A DNA stretch of 64,000 nucleotides from Nitrosopumilus sp. (GTDB lineage Archaea > Thermoproteota > Nitrososphaeria > Nitrososphaerales > Nitrosopumilaceae), in contig OZ250186.1 of NCBI GenBank assembly GCA_965238275.1, forward strand, positions 1,408,001-1,472,000, in the 5' to 3' direction. The notes under the pieces are model-generated. The model searched no databases. It saw only the letters and a program-made list of their open reading frames with translations, and was not told the origin of the DNA. Positions 22,448 through 33,295 of this stretch are shown here, one piece after another (positions within the stretch are counted from its first letter, which is position 1; each line of letters starts with the position of its first letter). Both the position numbers and the translations under genes were made by a program.

Positions 22448-23611
22448 TCAGAATCTCAAATCCAATGTCTTGTATTCGCAGCCATCTGGCCCGCAATACT
22501 TTCCGACATACGTCGCCTTTGGTCTGTACAATGCAGGCTTTGGAGCAGCCTCTGCAAACTTTTCCTCTATTATGTGTGCGGCCCATCCCACAACCCTGGA
22601 GATTGCAAAGATTGGGGTGTTCATGTCTACTGGAATTCTCAGCATGTAGTAGACTGAGGCACTGTACAAATCCACGTTGGGGTAGATGTCCCTGCCTTTA
22701 CTCGACTTCATCTCAGAGATGGTAGTCGTCTCGACTTTTTCAGTCATGTCAAACCATGGCTGGCCTGTCTTCTTTGCAAGGCTTCTTGAGAGATCCTTTA
22801 GAATCTGCGCCCTGGGATCATACGTCCTGTACACTGCATGCCCCATTCCCATGATTCTGTTGCCCTTGCCCATCTCTTCTTTGATCCAGCCTTCTGCCTT
22901 TTCTATGCTGTCAATATCCATCAGCATCTTCATGACCTCCGTGTTTGCCCCTCCATGAAGCTCGCCGCTTAGCGCCCCTATTGCCGAGCTTGATGCAGAA
23001 TACATGTGCGCCCTTGTTGATGCAACCTGCCTTGCTGTAAATGTGGATGCGTTGAACGTGTGGTCTGCATGAAGAATCAGGCATACGTCAAAGATCTTCT
23101 CGACGTCCGGATCCGGCTTTTTACCTGACATCATGTACAAAAAGTTTGCAGCATGGCCAAGCTTCGGATCCGGGTCTATGATGCTCAAGCCGTTCCTGAT
23201 TCTCTGCCAGCTTGCTATGATGGTCGGCACCTTTGCAATGAGGTTGATTGCCCTGTCGTAGCTTGCATTCTTGTTTGAAAACTCCTCGTCATAGTATCCT
23301 GCAAGCGCCGCCACAAACGCCTGGAGCATATCCATGGGGTCTGCGTCCTTTCTCCAGTTTCCCATGTTCTTTTGCATCTGTTTTGGAATGAACCTGGCGT
23401 CAATCAGCTTTCTGCTAAACTGTTCTAACTGCGGCCTTGTCGGCAGTTCGTCGTAAAGAAGGAGGTACGCTGTCTCCTCAAATGTCGATTTTTTTGTAAG
23501 CTCTACAATATCAAATCCCCTGTAGATGAGCCTGCCGTTCTCCCCGTCAATGTTTGAGATTCTCGTGTCTGCAACCTCGATCCCGCGCAGCCCTATGTTC
23601 TTAGTCTCCAT
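22448..23611 (-). CDS. gltA: citrate synthase
   Basis: LIYRGFDI, ILHADHTFNASTF, GELHGGAN, GMGHAVY, YPNVDLYS. Confidence 0.97.
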   Translation of the reverse strand: METKNIGLRGIEVADTRISNIDGENGRLIYRGFDIVELTKKSTFEETAYLLLYDELPTRPQLEQFSRKLIDARFIPKQMQKNMGNWRKDADPMDMLQAFVAALAGYYDEEFSNKNASYDRAINLIAKVPTIIASWQRIRNGLSIIDPDPKLGHAANFLYMMSGKKPDPDVEKIFDVCLILHADHTFNASTFTARQVASTRAHMYSASSSAIGALSGELHGGANTEVMKMLMDIDSIEKAEGWIKEEMGKGNRIMGMGHAVYRTYDPRAQILKDLSRSLAKKTGQPWFDMTEKVETTTISEMKSSKGRDIYPNVDLYSASVYYMLRIPVDMNTPIFAISRVVGWAAHIIEEKFAEAAPKPALYRPKATYVGKYCGPDGCEYKTLDLRF

Positions 23612-24128
23612 ACCCAAAAAGTGGACAAAATGCTTATTATACCTTCACTGATGTGTGCCGGTACCGGTCTTGGTCAGCATGCGTCAGGCTCTAGGCATAA
23701 AATAATGGATTCTACACGGGTTCATGCATGATTTTGAGGGAGGCCGAGACTGTTGCGCGGAATCCTGCAGCCTGCTGCTTACTGGAGGCGTCCTTTCTCA
23801 TACCGGCATATCTGAAAGTATGCCTGATTCCAGGCAGGCGCCAGTGGCATCTATTTTACACAAACCATGTGTACGGGAGGCATTCCTACTACTACTACTA
23901 TTACCCGCCTGAGTTCCTCCTGACCTGTTTAATTCATAGCGCGTCAAATGACTTGCATCGTTTTTGGCCTGCCTGGTTCAATTTTGCCCGGATTTTTTAG
24001 GCCCAATGGCATATTTCAAACATGCAATCCGGGCGTATATTTTTCGTGGGAATTATGCATATAAATTTAGTATTTAGTCTAACATGACAACCTTTGCTCA
24101 TAAATTATAACTTTTGATTAAAAATTAA

Positions 24129-24317
24129 ATGACACCGACAGAACGGCGACACTTGCAAGCCATTGACGATCTGATATTAAAGGCGTCTCCTGACGAACTA
24201 AAAAGGATTCAGAGAGTCGACTACCAAACACAGATGGACGGCATATCCTTTTATGACGTATATGTTGACTCTGACTCACTGATCAGCGGCAACATCAAAG
24301 AGTCGTTTGGAAAATAG
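24129..24317 (+). CDS. small conserved hypothetical protein (ISFYD motif)
   Basis: 62-aa ORF with upstream AT-rich TATA-like sequence. Confidence 0.65.
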   Translation: MTPTERRHLQAIDDLILKASPDELKRIQRVDYQTQMDGISFYDVYVDSDSLISGNIKESFGK

Positions 24318-24679
24318 CAGACATGCATATGGGAGTGATGGGTTGTTCCTACATCGTGCTCTCATGTGTGGCAGCAGAAGTTAATTTTCAGTAATTGCCT
24401 GGCCTGAAGGTAAAATGTCCGGTGGCAACTGTGGATTTAGAAATCAATAAAACTCAATTATTCGGGTGACTTTTGCATAAGATGATCACATCCTGCTGAC
24501 TGCTGTCATGCCTCACAGATAATACCGCAATCCTGCCAAAACAGTCCCAAGCGTAATCCGTATTGACCACAGGCATTGTACAGGTTTGTTTAGTTTTTTC
24601 AAACCGCCCAGACTGCGCTCTGCCACACACCCATACTTCATTTAAATGAGGGCGGAAATTCCGTTACGTTGGATAGACC

Positions 24680-25747
24680 ATGTCTAACACTTCTAAGAAG
24701 ACTGCCAGAAATTCAAAAAACGTAACGGCTGCGGCTGTTGCTGCAAAGACGCCTGCCGTCCAGAAGACCAGAATAGCATGCATCTCCCACAAGGAGGATG
24801 CCGACGGCATCAGTTCTGCTGCACTGATAAGGCAGGCCTTTGGCGGCGACTCCATTCTGGTTGACTATCCGGGACAGATGGAGGCACTGCAGCAGATCGT
24901 CCAGGACGAGGAGCTCAAGTCGCTGTATATCTGTGATCTGGGCCTCAGCAAGAAGACGCAGGATGAATTCGTCGAAATCATGACCGCTCTTCGAAAGCGC
25001 AGGGTATCAGTCACATACATTGATCATCATGACATAGATCCGGACGTTGTTGCTGCCCTGCAGAAGATCAAAGTCAAGATGATCCATGATATCAACGAAT
25101 GCACGGCAGTCCAGGTTTACTCTGCATTCAAGTCCAAACTTGATGATCATGCCTCCTTTGTTGCAGCATGCGCTGCAATTACAGACTATATGGAGGACAG
25201 ACCAATAGGCTCAAGCCTGCTTCAAATCTATGACAGGCAGTTTGCACTGATTAATGCCACAGTACTGACGTACAATATTGTGGGACACCAAAAGGATCCC
25301 GACTACCTGCTGTACCTTGTAGAGGAACTGGCAGAATCCATGTTCCCGCACCAGATGCCAAACACGTTTGAGTTTGCGCAGATTCAGGTGGAGAAGCTTG
25401 CCTCCATGATTGCCCTGGTAAAAGACGAGATGAAGACCAAGAAGAACCTTGGATACATGGAGATACATGACGCAGGCGCAAGCGGTGCGGTCAACTTCGT
25501 ACTTGGCCTGTCTGGAAAGAGCGTAGGCGTTGCATACAAGGAACGCATAGACCATGGAATCTACGCAGTGTCCGTACGCGGTTCCAAGTCGTGCAAGTTT
25601 CATCTTGGCAAGATAGTAAACATACTGGCCACCGATCTTGGAGGCTCCGGAGGAGGACACGACAAGGCATGCGGCGCAGTCATTCCAAAACCAAAGATAA
25701 AAAAATTCATCACCGAACTGAACAAGAGATTGGCAGATCCCGCGTGA
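24680..25747 (+). CDS. DHH/DHHA1 family phosphoesterase
   Basis: SHKEDADG, ICDLG, IDHH, GGGHDKACG. Confidence 0.92.
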   Translation: MSNTSKKTARNSKNVTAAAVAAKTPAVQKTRIACISHKEDADGISSAALIRQAFGGDSILVDYPGQMEALQQIVQDEELKSLYICDLGLSKKTQDEFVEIMTALRKRRVSVTYIDHHDIDPDVVAALQKIKVKMIHDINECTAVQVYSAFKSKLDDHASFVAACAAITDYMEDRPIGSSLLQIYDRQFALINATVLTYNIVGHQKDPDYLLYLVEELAESMFPHQMPNTFEFAQIQVEKLASMIALVKDEMKTKKNLGYMEIHDAGASGAVNFVLGLSGKSVGVAYKERIDHGIYAVSVRGSKSCKFHLGKIVNILATDLGGSGGGHDKACGAVIPKPKIKKFITELNKRLADPA

Positions 25748-25828
25748 CTTTCTACCAGAACCGCCGCCACGTGCATGATAGTATAATTGGAATAATTTTT
25801 TAATAATTCGACGCCAAATAAGTGTCAG

Positions 25829-27055
25829 TTGAATCTAAAGATTGTCGCAGCTGCAGTTGTTGCAGGCATCGTGCTTGTAATGCTGGCAGGTGTGATTCAG
25901 AGCCAGCCTACAGCTAGCGACCCGGCACCCTCCGTTGATACTATACCGGTAACTGCACCAGACGAGACCGTGCCTGTAACTGCACCAGACGAGACCGTGC
26001 CTGTAACTGCACCAGACGAGACCGTGCCTGTAACTGCACCAGATGATGCGGATCCCGCTGATGCTAAAAGTACCGTAACCATCATGGAAACTGACGGCGT
26101 CCTGCATACCATACCTCTTGGGGAGATCAGAGGCGGCGGCCCCCCCAAGGACGGCATTCCATCCATCGACGATCCCGTGTTTGCAGAAGTTGCAGACTCT
26201 GCATTCATGTCAGATTCTGACACGGTAATAGGCCTTGAGATCAACGGCCAGGCAAGGGCGTATCCGCTCTTTATTCTGGTGTGGCATGAGATAGTAAACG
26301 ACGAGGTGGGAGGAACCCCGGTATCTGTTACCTATTGCCCGTTGTGCTATACCAACCAGGTCTTTGAGAGGATCATTGACGGACAGACCGTGGAGTTTGG
26401 CACCTCTGGAAAATTGTACAACAGCAATCTTCTGATGTATGACCGACTGACTGAGTCCTACTGGAGCCAGGCAGTCGGTCTGGCAGTAAAGGGTCCGCTG
26501 AGCGGACGCGTGCTGGAGACTGTCCCGTTTGACGTGATTACATGGGGGGACTGGAAGGGCCTTCATCCTGACACCCTTGTACTTACCACCGACACGGGAC
26601 ACGCCCGCGCGTACAATGTCGATCCCTATGGCAGCTACTATACGGATCGCCGCGTGATGTTCCCCATAGACAACAGGGACGACCGGCTGCACCCCAAGGA
26701 GATAATTTTGGGATTTAGCATGGGCAATACCTCCAAGGCATATCCGCAGAGCGTCGTGGAGTCAGAGGCGCTCATCAATGATGCCATCGGAGACACCCCT
26801 GTGCTAATTGCCTCCCTGTTCCCAGAGAATGCCCGCGCGTTTGAAAGGACGGTGGGAGGCCAGGTTCTGGACTTTGAGTATGAAGATGGCCGCATAACCG
26901 ATACCGGCTCCGGCTCCGTGTGGAGCTATGACGGGCTGGCAGTGTCTGGCACCCTTCGAGGCGAGCAGCTGGAGAGGCTGTCAATAGAGCCCGGATTCTG
27001 GTTTGAGTGGTTTGCGTTTCACCCACAGACCCTGATTTATGGTGATGGCAGCTGA
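25829..27055 (+). CDS. DUF3179 family secreted protein
   Basis: GGPPKDGIPSID, WHEIVND, TYCPLC, FGTSGKLYNSNLLMYD, FWFEW. Confidence 0.9.
   Translation: MNLKIVAAAVVAGIVLVMLAGVIQSQPTASDPAPSVDTIPVTAPDETVPVTAPDETVPVTAPDETVPVTAPDDADPADAKSTVTIMETDGVLHTIPLGEIRGGGPPKDGIPSIDDPVFAEVADSAFMSDSDTVIGLEINGQARAYPLFILVWHEIVNDEVGGTPVSVTYCPLCYTNQVFERIIDGQTVEFGTSGKLYNSNLLMYDRLTESYWSQAVGLAVKGPLSGRVLETVPFDVITWGDWKGLHPDTLVLTTDTGHARAYNVDPYGSYYTDRRVMFPIDNRDDRLHPKEIILGFSMGNTSKAYPQSVVESEALINDAIGDTPVLIASLFPENARAFERTVGGQVLDFEYEDGRITDTGSGSVWSYDGLAVSGTLRGEQLERLSIEPGFWFEWFAFHPQTLIYGDGS
25946..26045 (+). repeat. 27-bp coding tandem repeat (PVTAPDETV) x about 3.6
   Basis: gtaactgcaccagacgagaccgtgcct repeated. Confidence 0.9.
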
Positions 27056-27540
27056 GTCCTGCCAGAAAAGCAGTCCTCGCCGGTGCTGCAACCATTGCCA
27101 TTTATCTTCTGGTGGTCATACTCACCACTCCCGCACTGGATCCCCTGGATGCAGTCAGTGCCGCCTTTCAGCTAAACTCTGTTGTAATAATGGGGATGGG
27201 AATTGGAATAGGGCTTCAGGTGTTCCTCTCCGGGAAGGCCAGGATGATGGGATGCAGGATTGGCAAGCCAAGAAGGACATTTGGGGGAAACTCCGGCAGT
27301 ACGGCTGCCACGTCGTTCTTCTCGTTCTTTTCCCTGGTTCCGCTGGGATGCTGCGGCTGGTGGCTCTACCTGCTGTCACTGCTTCCTGGCGTGGTGGGTA
27401 CCGGGGCCTCGGCTGTCCTGATAGAGCACAGCCAGGCATTGGCATATGCAGGGCTCGGGGTCATCTATGGGTTTGTAGGGCTTGCAGCATACCGGCTGAG
27501 AAGGGAGCGCATGATGCGCAGCCTAGCTAGGTCTGACTAG
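27052..27540 (+). CDS. membrane protein with GCCG motif
   Basis: Multiple TM segments; frame open back to a CTG at 27052 overlapping the upstream TGA (CTGA). Confidence 0.75.
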   Translation: MSPARKAVLAGAATIAIYLLVVILTTPALDPLDAVSAAFQLNSVVIMGMGIGIGLQVFLSGKARMMGCRIGKPRRTFGGNSGSTAATSFFSFFSLVPLGCCGWWLYLLSLLPGVVGTGASAVLIEHSQALAYAGLGVIYGFVGLAAYRLRRERMMRSLARSD

Positions 27541-27888
27541 CAGTGCCACGGGATCCCCCCTGCCCCTGCTGAGAAACTTTGCAATCCTTGCCCTGAACCC
27601 ATATCTCTTCTCTCTGAGCCTTACTGCCTCCTCTGTCCGGGAACTGTCCAGTATTGCAGCCGTGCCTGAAACCCACTCCCCGGTTACCACGCCCTTGATG
27701 GTGCATGCTGCAATTCTTACCTGGCAGTTGCCCCTGAGGCGCTTTACCTTGCCTGTCTGATCCCTTGTCACAATCAGGACGCCCTCGTCTGTCACAACAA
27801 ACCACACCGGCGTCCTTACCGGCTTTCCGTTCTTTCTGTATGTCTCAAGCGAGACGTACTTTTCAGTACTTAGCCAGTCCGGAATCAT
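27523..27888 (-). CDS. PPOX-class F420-dependent oxidoreductase
   Basis: YVSLETYRKNGKPVRTPVWF, GKVKRLR. Confidence 0.88.
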   Translation of the reverse strand: MIPDWLSTEKYVSLETYRKNGKPVRTPVWFVVTDEGVLIVTRDQTGKVKRLRGNCQVRIAACTIKGVVTGEWVSGTAAILDSSRTEEAVRLREKRYGFRARIAKFLSRGRGDPVALLVRPS

Positions 27889-28136
27889 ACCCTACTTGGG
27901 CTGCATCTGTATAAAACTGATAATACCGTGTACGGAAACTGCATGCCAAGACACGCACTGCCAAATCCCCCTGAAACTGTGACCTGTCCTACCGTGGAAT
28001 GTCCTACCGGTTGGATCTGTACGCCCTGATTATCCTTTTGACCTGCCTGTAGCCAAGGACGGGAAGCACGCACCAGGGACACCCTATCTGCGTCACAGAA
28101 CAGCAACACAGACACTGGCATTTGCCCCCTTGATGA

Positions 28137-28352
28137 TTACATTCTTGGCAGATCATACTTTTTGTTCCTAGGCTTTGTTCTTAACCTTGTCTTGCAACAC
28201 GGACATACGATGTTGTCTACAAGAAAGAATCTTGCACAACGCGAGCACCATTTCTGGCCTCTCTTGTAGTGCAGTTTGTCCGTGAACGTCGTGACCCTCA
28301 ACTGCTCACACATTCCCCTGCATACCTGGGCCATGCCATATTGGGTTACCAA
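28137..28352 (-). CDS. small zinc-finger protein
   Basis: CRGMC, YKRGQKWCSRC, CPCCKTRLRTKPR. Confidence 0.75.
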   Translation of the reverse strand: MVTQYGMAQVCRGMCEQLRVTTFTDKLHYKRGQKWCSRCARFFLVDNIVCPCCKTRLRTKPRNKKYDLPRM

Positions 28353-28769
28353 ATATATTTAAAACAACATCCAAATTCAATCCTAATGCCGCCGCAATCC
28401 TCATATATTATTAAATACTGCAACAGGACTACCCCGCTTCTCCATCTCAAACCATGCGCGGATGTCCCTTTTGGCCAAGTATCCGGACATGGCGTACAAC
28501 ATTTGCGCAACCTTTTGCATGTACCTATAAGCCGAGAACGGCGTCTCCTGTACAGTCACAGACAGATTCGTGGGAACCGGCCAACTGTTGCAGGACTCTG
28601 CACCATGCCGGGCCGGATCAGATGATTTGTGCGGTACTGCCAGTTTTGGACCTGCCAGGATGGGGGGCATGTACCGTCCTCCCGCCGCGACTCTTTCGTG
28701 TTGGAATCTGCGCATCCTGATTCAGGCGCAGACAGGATGTACCTGTGGTTCCAGTCTGCTTATCTGACA

Positions 28770-29234
28770 CTACTCTCCTGCAACCTCTATTATTGCATCG
28801 ATCTCAGTCATTGCATCCAGGGGAAGTCCTGCCACGCCGACTGCGATCCTTGAGTGCGTTCCCCTCTTCTCCCCGAATACCTCCACCATGAGGTCCGAGG
28901 CTGGATTGATCACCTTTGGATGCTGCGAGAATTCGGGGGACGAGTTTACAAATCCTGACAGCCTCACAATTCTGGATACCCTCTCCAGATCCCCCAGCTC
29001 CCTCTTGGCCTGCGCCAGGATGCCGACTGCGCACATTCTTGCAGATCTTTGCGCCTCCCCAAGGTTTCTGCCTGTAACCTTTCCTGTAAAAAGTACCTTG
29101 CCGTCCCTTATTGGGATCTGCCCTGATATGTATAGCAGGTCTCCTGTCCTGACTGCAGGAACGTATGATCCTGCAGGTGCCGGAGGCTCGGGAAGCACTA
29201 TCCCAAGTGACCTGATTCTCTCCTCAATCAACAT
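28770..29234 (-). CDS. RidA/YjgF family protein
   Basis: PAGSYVPAVRTGDLLYISGQIP, HSRIAVGVAGLP..A.TEI. Confidence 0.92.
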   Translation of the reverse strand: MLIEERIRSLGIVLPEPPAPAGSYVPAVRTGDLLYISGQIPIRDGKVLFTGKVTGRNLGEAQRSARMCAVGILAQAKRELGDLERVSRIVRLSGFVNSSPEFSQHPKVINPASDLMVEVFGEKRGTHSRIAVGVAGLPLDAMTEIDAIIEVAGE

Positions 29235-29260
29235 GACGGTGGGGGATCCCCTGACTGATT

Positions 29261-30421
29261 TTAGTTTTTGCTTATCCTGATGTGGGCGCTTTCGCCCTTG
29301 TGGGGGGTGTTCTGGAATACGGTCCTTGTCCCGTAACCCTGTTTTTGCAGGCACCTGTCGAGCACCGAGACCCACGGCAGGGAATGGCCGCTGTTCAGCC
29401 TTGACTCAACTGTGACACCCATGCCGTTTGGTTCAAGGACTACGCGTCCGGAACACGTGATCTGCACTATTGCATCCATCATCTCCACAACCTCCTCAAT
29501 CGATCTTGATCCCAGAGATATCCCGTTCTTTTCCAAAAACTCAAGCATGTCAAAGTCCTGCCTCTTTGAGACCATTACCGAATCCAGCATGTACTCCAGT
29601 CCGGCATCGTTTGTCATCTTGATTATCTTGTAGATCTCATGCGCCTCAGCCTTTGTCATGTCGGCCATGGCTCTGGTCCGTATGGCACCCTTCCAGACGC
29701 CTGCAAATATCCTCTCTTGGTTCCCTCCAAGAATACCCGTCGATGAAAATATCACGCCGCTCCCATTGGCATTGTCGACTACCAGCAGCTGGGTGCCGTC
29801 AAAGATGAAGCAGTTCTGGGTAATCTCCGAGGCTCTTATGTCCACCCCGTCAGGTATTACCTTGAAGGGTTTTGAGCCTATGTGCGTGGGGGGGATTATG
29901 ATGCTGATCCCGACATCCCTCCGCAGCGCCGACAGCATCCTGTCCCTGCACTCGGCAAGAAACTCCAGGCCGCACTGGTCTGCCATTATCCTGATTGATG
30001 ACTTTGCACCGTCGATCATGTTCTGGAGCTGCAGCAGTACGTTGTTTGAGCTGAGCTGCACGTACCTCCTCTCCTCAGAGCCCCTTGATCTTCTGCTCTC
30101 CTCGCTTGTCTTTTTCAGGTTGAATATGAGCGAGTTCATCGCGTTTACCTTGTTGATCTGCTCGTGAATGATCTCATCAAAGGCGTCCTCCGGTGCGATC
30201 GGCGTGCACGTGATGGGTTTTGTCTGTGAGACGATTACGAGCTTTTTCTTTTCCAGCTTGAGCAGGGTCGGATAGATCTTTGTCCTTGGAATCTCAGAAT
30301 AGTATGCAAGCTCACTTGCAGCGATCGTCCCCTTGGTGATCAGGGTGACATATGCCTGGGCCTCGTACTTGCTCAGCCCGAACTCTTCTAGGCTTATGGT
30401 CAGCGCAAGCTCGTTTGCCAT
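29261..30421 (-). CDS. TrmB family transcriptional regulator
   Basis: FGLSKYEAQAYVTL...SEIPRTKIYPTLLKL HTH plus effector domain. Confidence 0.9.
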   Translation of the reverse strand: MANELALTISLEEFGLSKYEAQAYVTLITKGTIAASELAYYSEIPRTKIYPTLLKLEKKKLVIVSQTKPITCTPIAPEDAFDEIIHEQINKVNAMNSLIFNLKKTSEESRRSRGSEERRYVQLSSNNVLLQLQNMIDGAKSSIRIMADQCGLEFLAECRDRMLSALRRDVGISIIIPPTHIGSKPFKVIPDGVDIRASEITQNCFIFDGTQLLVVDNANGSGVIFSSTGILGGNQERIFAGVWKGAIRTRAMADMTKAEAHEIYKIIKMTNDAGLEYMLDSVMVSKRQDFDMLEFLEKNGISLGSRSIEEVVEMMDAIVQITCSGRVVLEPNGMGVTVESRLNSGHSLPWVSVLDRCLQKQGYGTRTVFQNTPHKGESAHIRISKN

Positions 30422-30581
30422 GTATCATTATGGACTTGTTATTAGGTAAGATCAAAAGCTAAATTCCTTTACACATGTGCTTAAAAAAATTTAAAACTGT
30501 ACCTGCGGCGTGGTGTGACCGTGGTTACTACGCTCTCTGATACAGGCCCCTCAAATACAAAATCTACGTCATCTATGTTGT

Positions 30582-31148
30582 ATGTTGATAAAAAATACAT
30601 CCTGCAGCAGGCCTCTCTCTGACACAATATTTCACTCTGTCACGCTTGTCCCAAGGCTGGAATACTGCGCCGGCCTCTTGGATGAGGCTGTTTGTATTAT
30701 GGAGAGGATGACAGCTGAAATCAGAAGTTCAAACCGGAACATCGCATGCGATCCTGACGACTCTGACTGGAACCATGCAGACTCTGTTGAGCAGGAGAGG
30801 ACTGCCGTGTTCTCTCTGGAGGTGTTGCTTCTGGTCAGGATGAGGCTGCAGAGGGTATCTGATGTGGGCATGATTCCCGGAGCCCTCTCGCCGCTTGTTC
30901 CTGTAATCCGTACAGTCAGTGCGGGACTGCACAAGACGGCCCCTGACTGCAGCCAAAACCTCTCCAAACTCTCAATTTACATGGGCAGCATCATACTTGA
31001 TTCTGCTGCCCTCACAAGGGCAAGGTTTGACTTTGAGCAGTCCGGCAGGGAGTCCTCTGTCCTGCTTGATAAAGTAAAGTTGATGGCAGACTCTAAAATA
31101 AGTAAGCAGTACCCTAATGTTGATCCTTTCATACCGTATACTGCTTGA
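30582..31148 (+). CDS. divergent ESCRT-III/CdvB paralog
   Basis: RLQRVSDVGMIPGALSPLVPVIRTV and C-terminal KQYPNV resemble CdvB helices; upstream of cdvC. Confidence 0.6.
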   Translation: MLIKNTSCSRPLSDTIFHSVTLVPRLEYCAGLLDEAVCIMERMTAEIRSSNRNIACDPDDSDWNHADSVEQERTAVFSLEVLLLVRMRLQRVSDVGMIPGALSPLVPVIRTVSAGLHKTAPDCSQNLSKLSIYMGSIILDSAALTRARFDFEQSGRESSVLLDKVKLMADSKISKQYPNVDPFIPYTA

Positions 31149-31657
31149 CTATACTGAACCCCCTGCGGGGCTCTGACGGAGAGATCCGACGCGTGAGATC
31201 CATCTCGTCTGAGATCAACAAAAGACTGTCTGCGCTTGACTCCTCTGGAGATGATGATGATGATGATGATGATGATGCTGCCGCCGCCGCCGCCATCGCA
31301 AAACTCTCAACAGAAGAGATGCAGGACCTGAACAAGCTTGCAGGCATTGCAGACTTTTTGCTCTGCAAGTACGCCAACAAGAAGGATGCATACTCCATAT
31401 TCAAGGAGTTTGCATCAATCGTTGCCAAGACGGCCGACTCCCTTGAGCAGATAGACGATGAGATCTCAGAACTGATGCTGTCTGCAGACGACTCGGTTGG
31501 CAGGATAACTGACATGCGTACCAGAATCTCAGGCGGTTCTGATTTTGATCCCAAGTACGGCTACGGCCCTGACTATACCAATGAGGAGACCAGCCTGACA
31601 TTGGCTGCCGAACCTGAGCGTGTATCCGAGCCGGCAAAACGAGTGGAATTAATTTAA
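31145..31657 (+). CDS. hypothetical protein with poly-Asp/poly-Ala tract
   Basis: Overlaps the upstream stop (TTGA); contains (GAT)n(GCC)n. Confidence 0.75.
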   Translation: MTILNPLRGSDGEIRRVRSISSEINKRLSALDSSGDDDDDDDDDAAAAAAIAKLSTEEMQDLNKLAGIADFLLCKYANKKDAYSIFKEFASIVAKTADSLEQIDDEISELMLSADDSVGRITDMRTRISGGSDFDPKYGYGPDYTNEETSLTLAAEPERVSEPAKRVELI

Positions 31658-31730
31658 CCAACTTTGTTGCATAGATTAACACATCAAAATACCAACCAAA
31701 TTTTCAAGGAATAACCGGTAGATAAAAGAG

Positions 31731-32924
31731 ATGAGCATGGCACCGCAAGAATTGGAAAATATGGCAAGCAAGTATGCCTCTGAGGCGATCAAATTTGACT
31801 CTCAGGGGGCCCGTGGCATGGCAATTACCCACTACCAGCACGCAATAGATGCGCTGGTAAAGCTGCTGCACCTGTATCCCACCAGCAAGCTGAACCAGAT
31901 ATACAAGGAGAGGTGCCAGTCATACCATAACCGAATTACCGTACTGCAGCAGGCACGCGGAGTGGAGCCTGCAGTGGATCCCAAGGCATCTGCCGAGGAG
32001 CAGAAAAAGTCAGTACAGAGACAGGAGACTGAAAACGACTTTGAGGATCTCGTGATGAAGGAGAAGCCTGACGTATCCTGGAAGCAGGTGATAGGGCTGG
32101 AGGATGCAAAAAGTGCACTGCGCGAGTCCATCGTATACCCTACCAAGAGGCCCGATCTGTTCCCTCTTGGATGGCCCAAGGGCATGCTGCTTTACGGACC
32201 TCCGGGGACGGGAAAGACCATGCTGGCAGCTGCGACTGCAAACGAGATGGACGGCTACTTTATCAACGTGGATGCCTCCTCTATGATGAGCAAGTGGCTG
32301 GGCGAGGCAGAAAAGAACGTCTCAAAACTCTTTAACATGGCAAGGCACTATGCCGAAAAGAAGGGCAAGCCTGTCATCCTGTTTGTAGACGAGGTGGACT
32401 CTTTGCTAGGATCAAGAAACAGCGAGGTTGGCGGGGAGGTAAGAACCAAGAACCAGTTCCTGACCGAGATGGACGGCGTCAACGGGAAGGGAAAGAATCT
32501 GATGCTGTATGTGATTGGCGCCACAAACAAGCCATGGAGCCTCGACTGGCCGTTTTTGAGGAGATTCCAAAAGAGGATCTACGTGTCACTTCCCACACAC
32601 GAGGCAAGAAAGATGCTCTTCGAGCAGTACACTGCCCCGCTGAAAAAGAACATAGATGTGCGTCCTGGCGATCTCTCAAAACTCTTTGACGGATACAGCG
32701 CAAGCGACATCAAGGATGTCTGCCAGTCTGCGCAGATAAAGACGGTGCATGAGATATTCAACGCCCCTGACTACCACGAACCCACAGACGGGGAAGACCC
32801 GGTTCAGCCTAGGGCTCTGACCACTGCCGACTTTAGGGAGATAATGGGAAGAAGAAAACCCAGCGTCTCAGTAGAGATGATTCGGGCATACCACAAGTGG
32901 AGCGAAGAGTTCCAGGCGCTGTAG
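31731..32924 (+). CDS. cdvC: Vps4/CdvC AAA ATPase
   Basis: N-terminal MIT domain, GPPGTGKT, SKWLGE, FVDEVD, ATNKPW, RRFQKR. Confidence 0.93.
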   Translation: MSMAPQELENMASKYASEAIKFDSQGARGMAITHYQHAIDALVKLLHLYPTSKLNQIYKERCQSYHNRITVLQQARGVEPAVDPKASAEEQKKSVQRQETENDFEDLVMKEKPDVSWKQVIGLEDAKSALRESIVYPTKRPDLFPLGWPKGMLLYGPPGTGKTMLAAATANEMDGYFINVDASSMMSKWLGEAEKNVSKLFNMARHYAEKKGKPVILFVDEVDSLLGSRNSEVGGEVRTKNQFLTEMDGVNGKGKNLMLYVIGATNKPWSLDWPFLRRFQKRIYVSLPTHEARKMLFEQYTAPLKKNIDVRPGDLSKLFDGYSASDIKDVCQSAQIKTVHEIFNAPDYHEPTDGEDPVQPRALTTADFREIMGRRKPSVSVEMIRAYHKWSEEFQAL

Positions 32925-33295
32925 GCGCGCCTGCATGGGAATATACTGCATGCCTGGTTCAACGTCGAGATTTTCCCAGACACAAAGGTGGCAAACGGAG
33001 AATGACTTTAGAATTCCGCTTGGAGATACCATAGACAGGTATGTGGCATTTGGCGACTCCGTTCAAGGGGCCTGATTCTGCTCATGCCCCAAATTACACG
33101 ACAGGGAAACTTTGAATCTGTAACAGACGCATGGAAGATGTTTCTATACCTGAAAAAGTTTCTTTGAAACGTGTACCCGAGAGAAATAAATACTTCTTAA
33201 ATGGCAATCCAGAAACAAATTAGTTCAAATATTACTAGATATGATGCCAGTTTGGAAATAATGTTATATATGTTGGTGCGTACGCTACAACAGCA

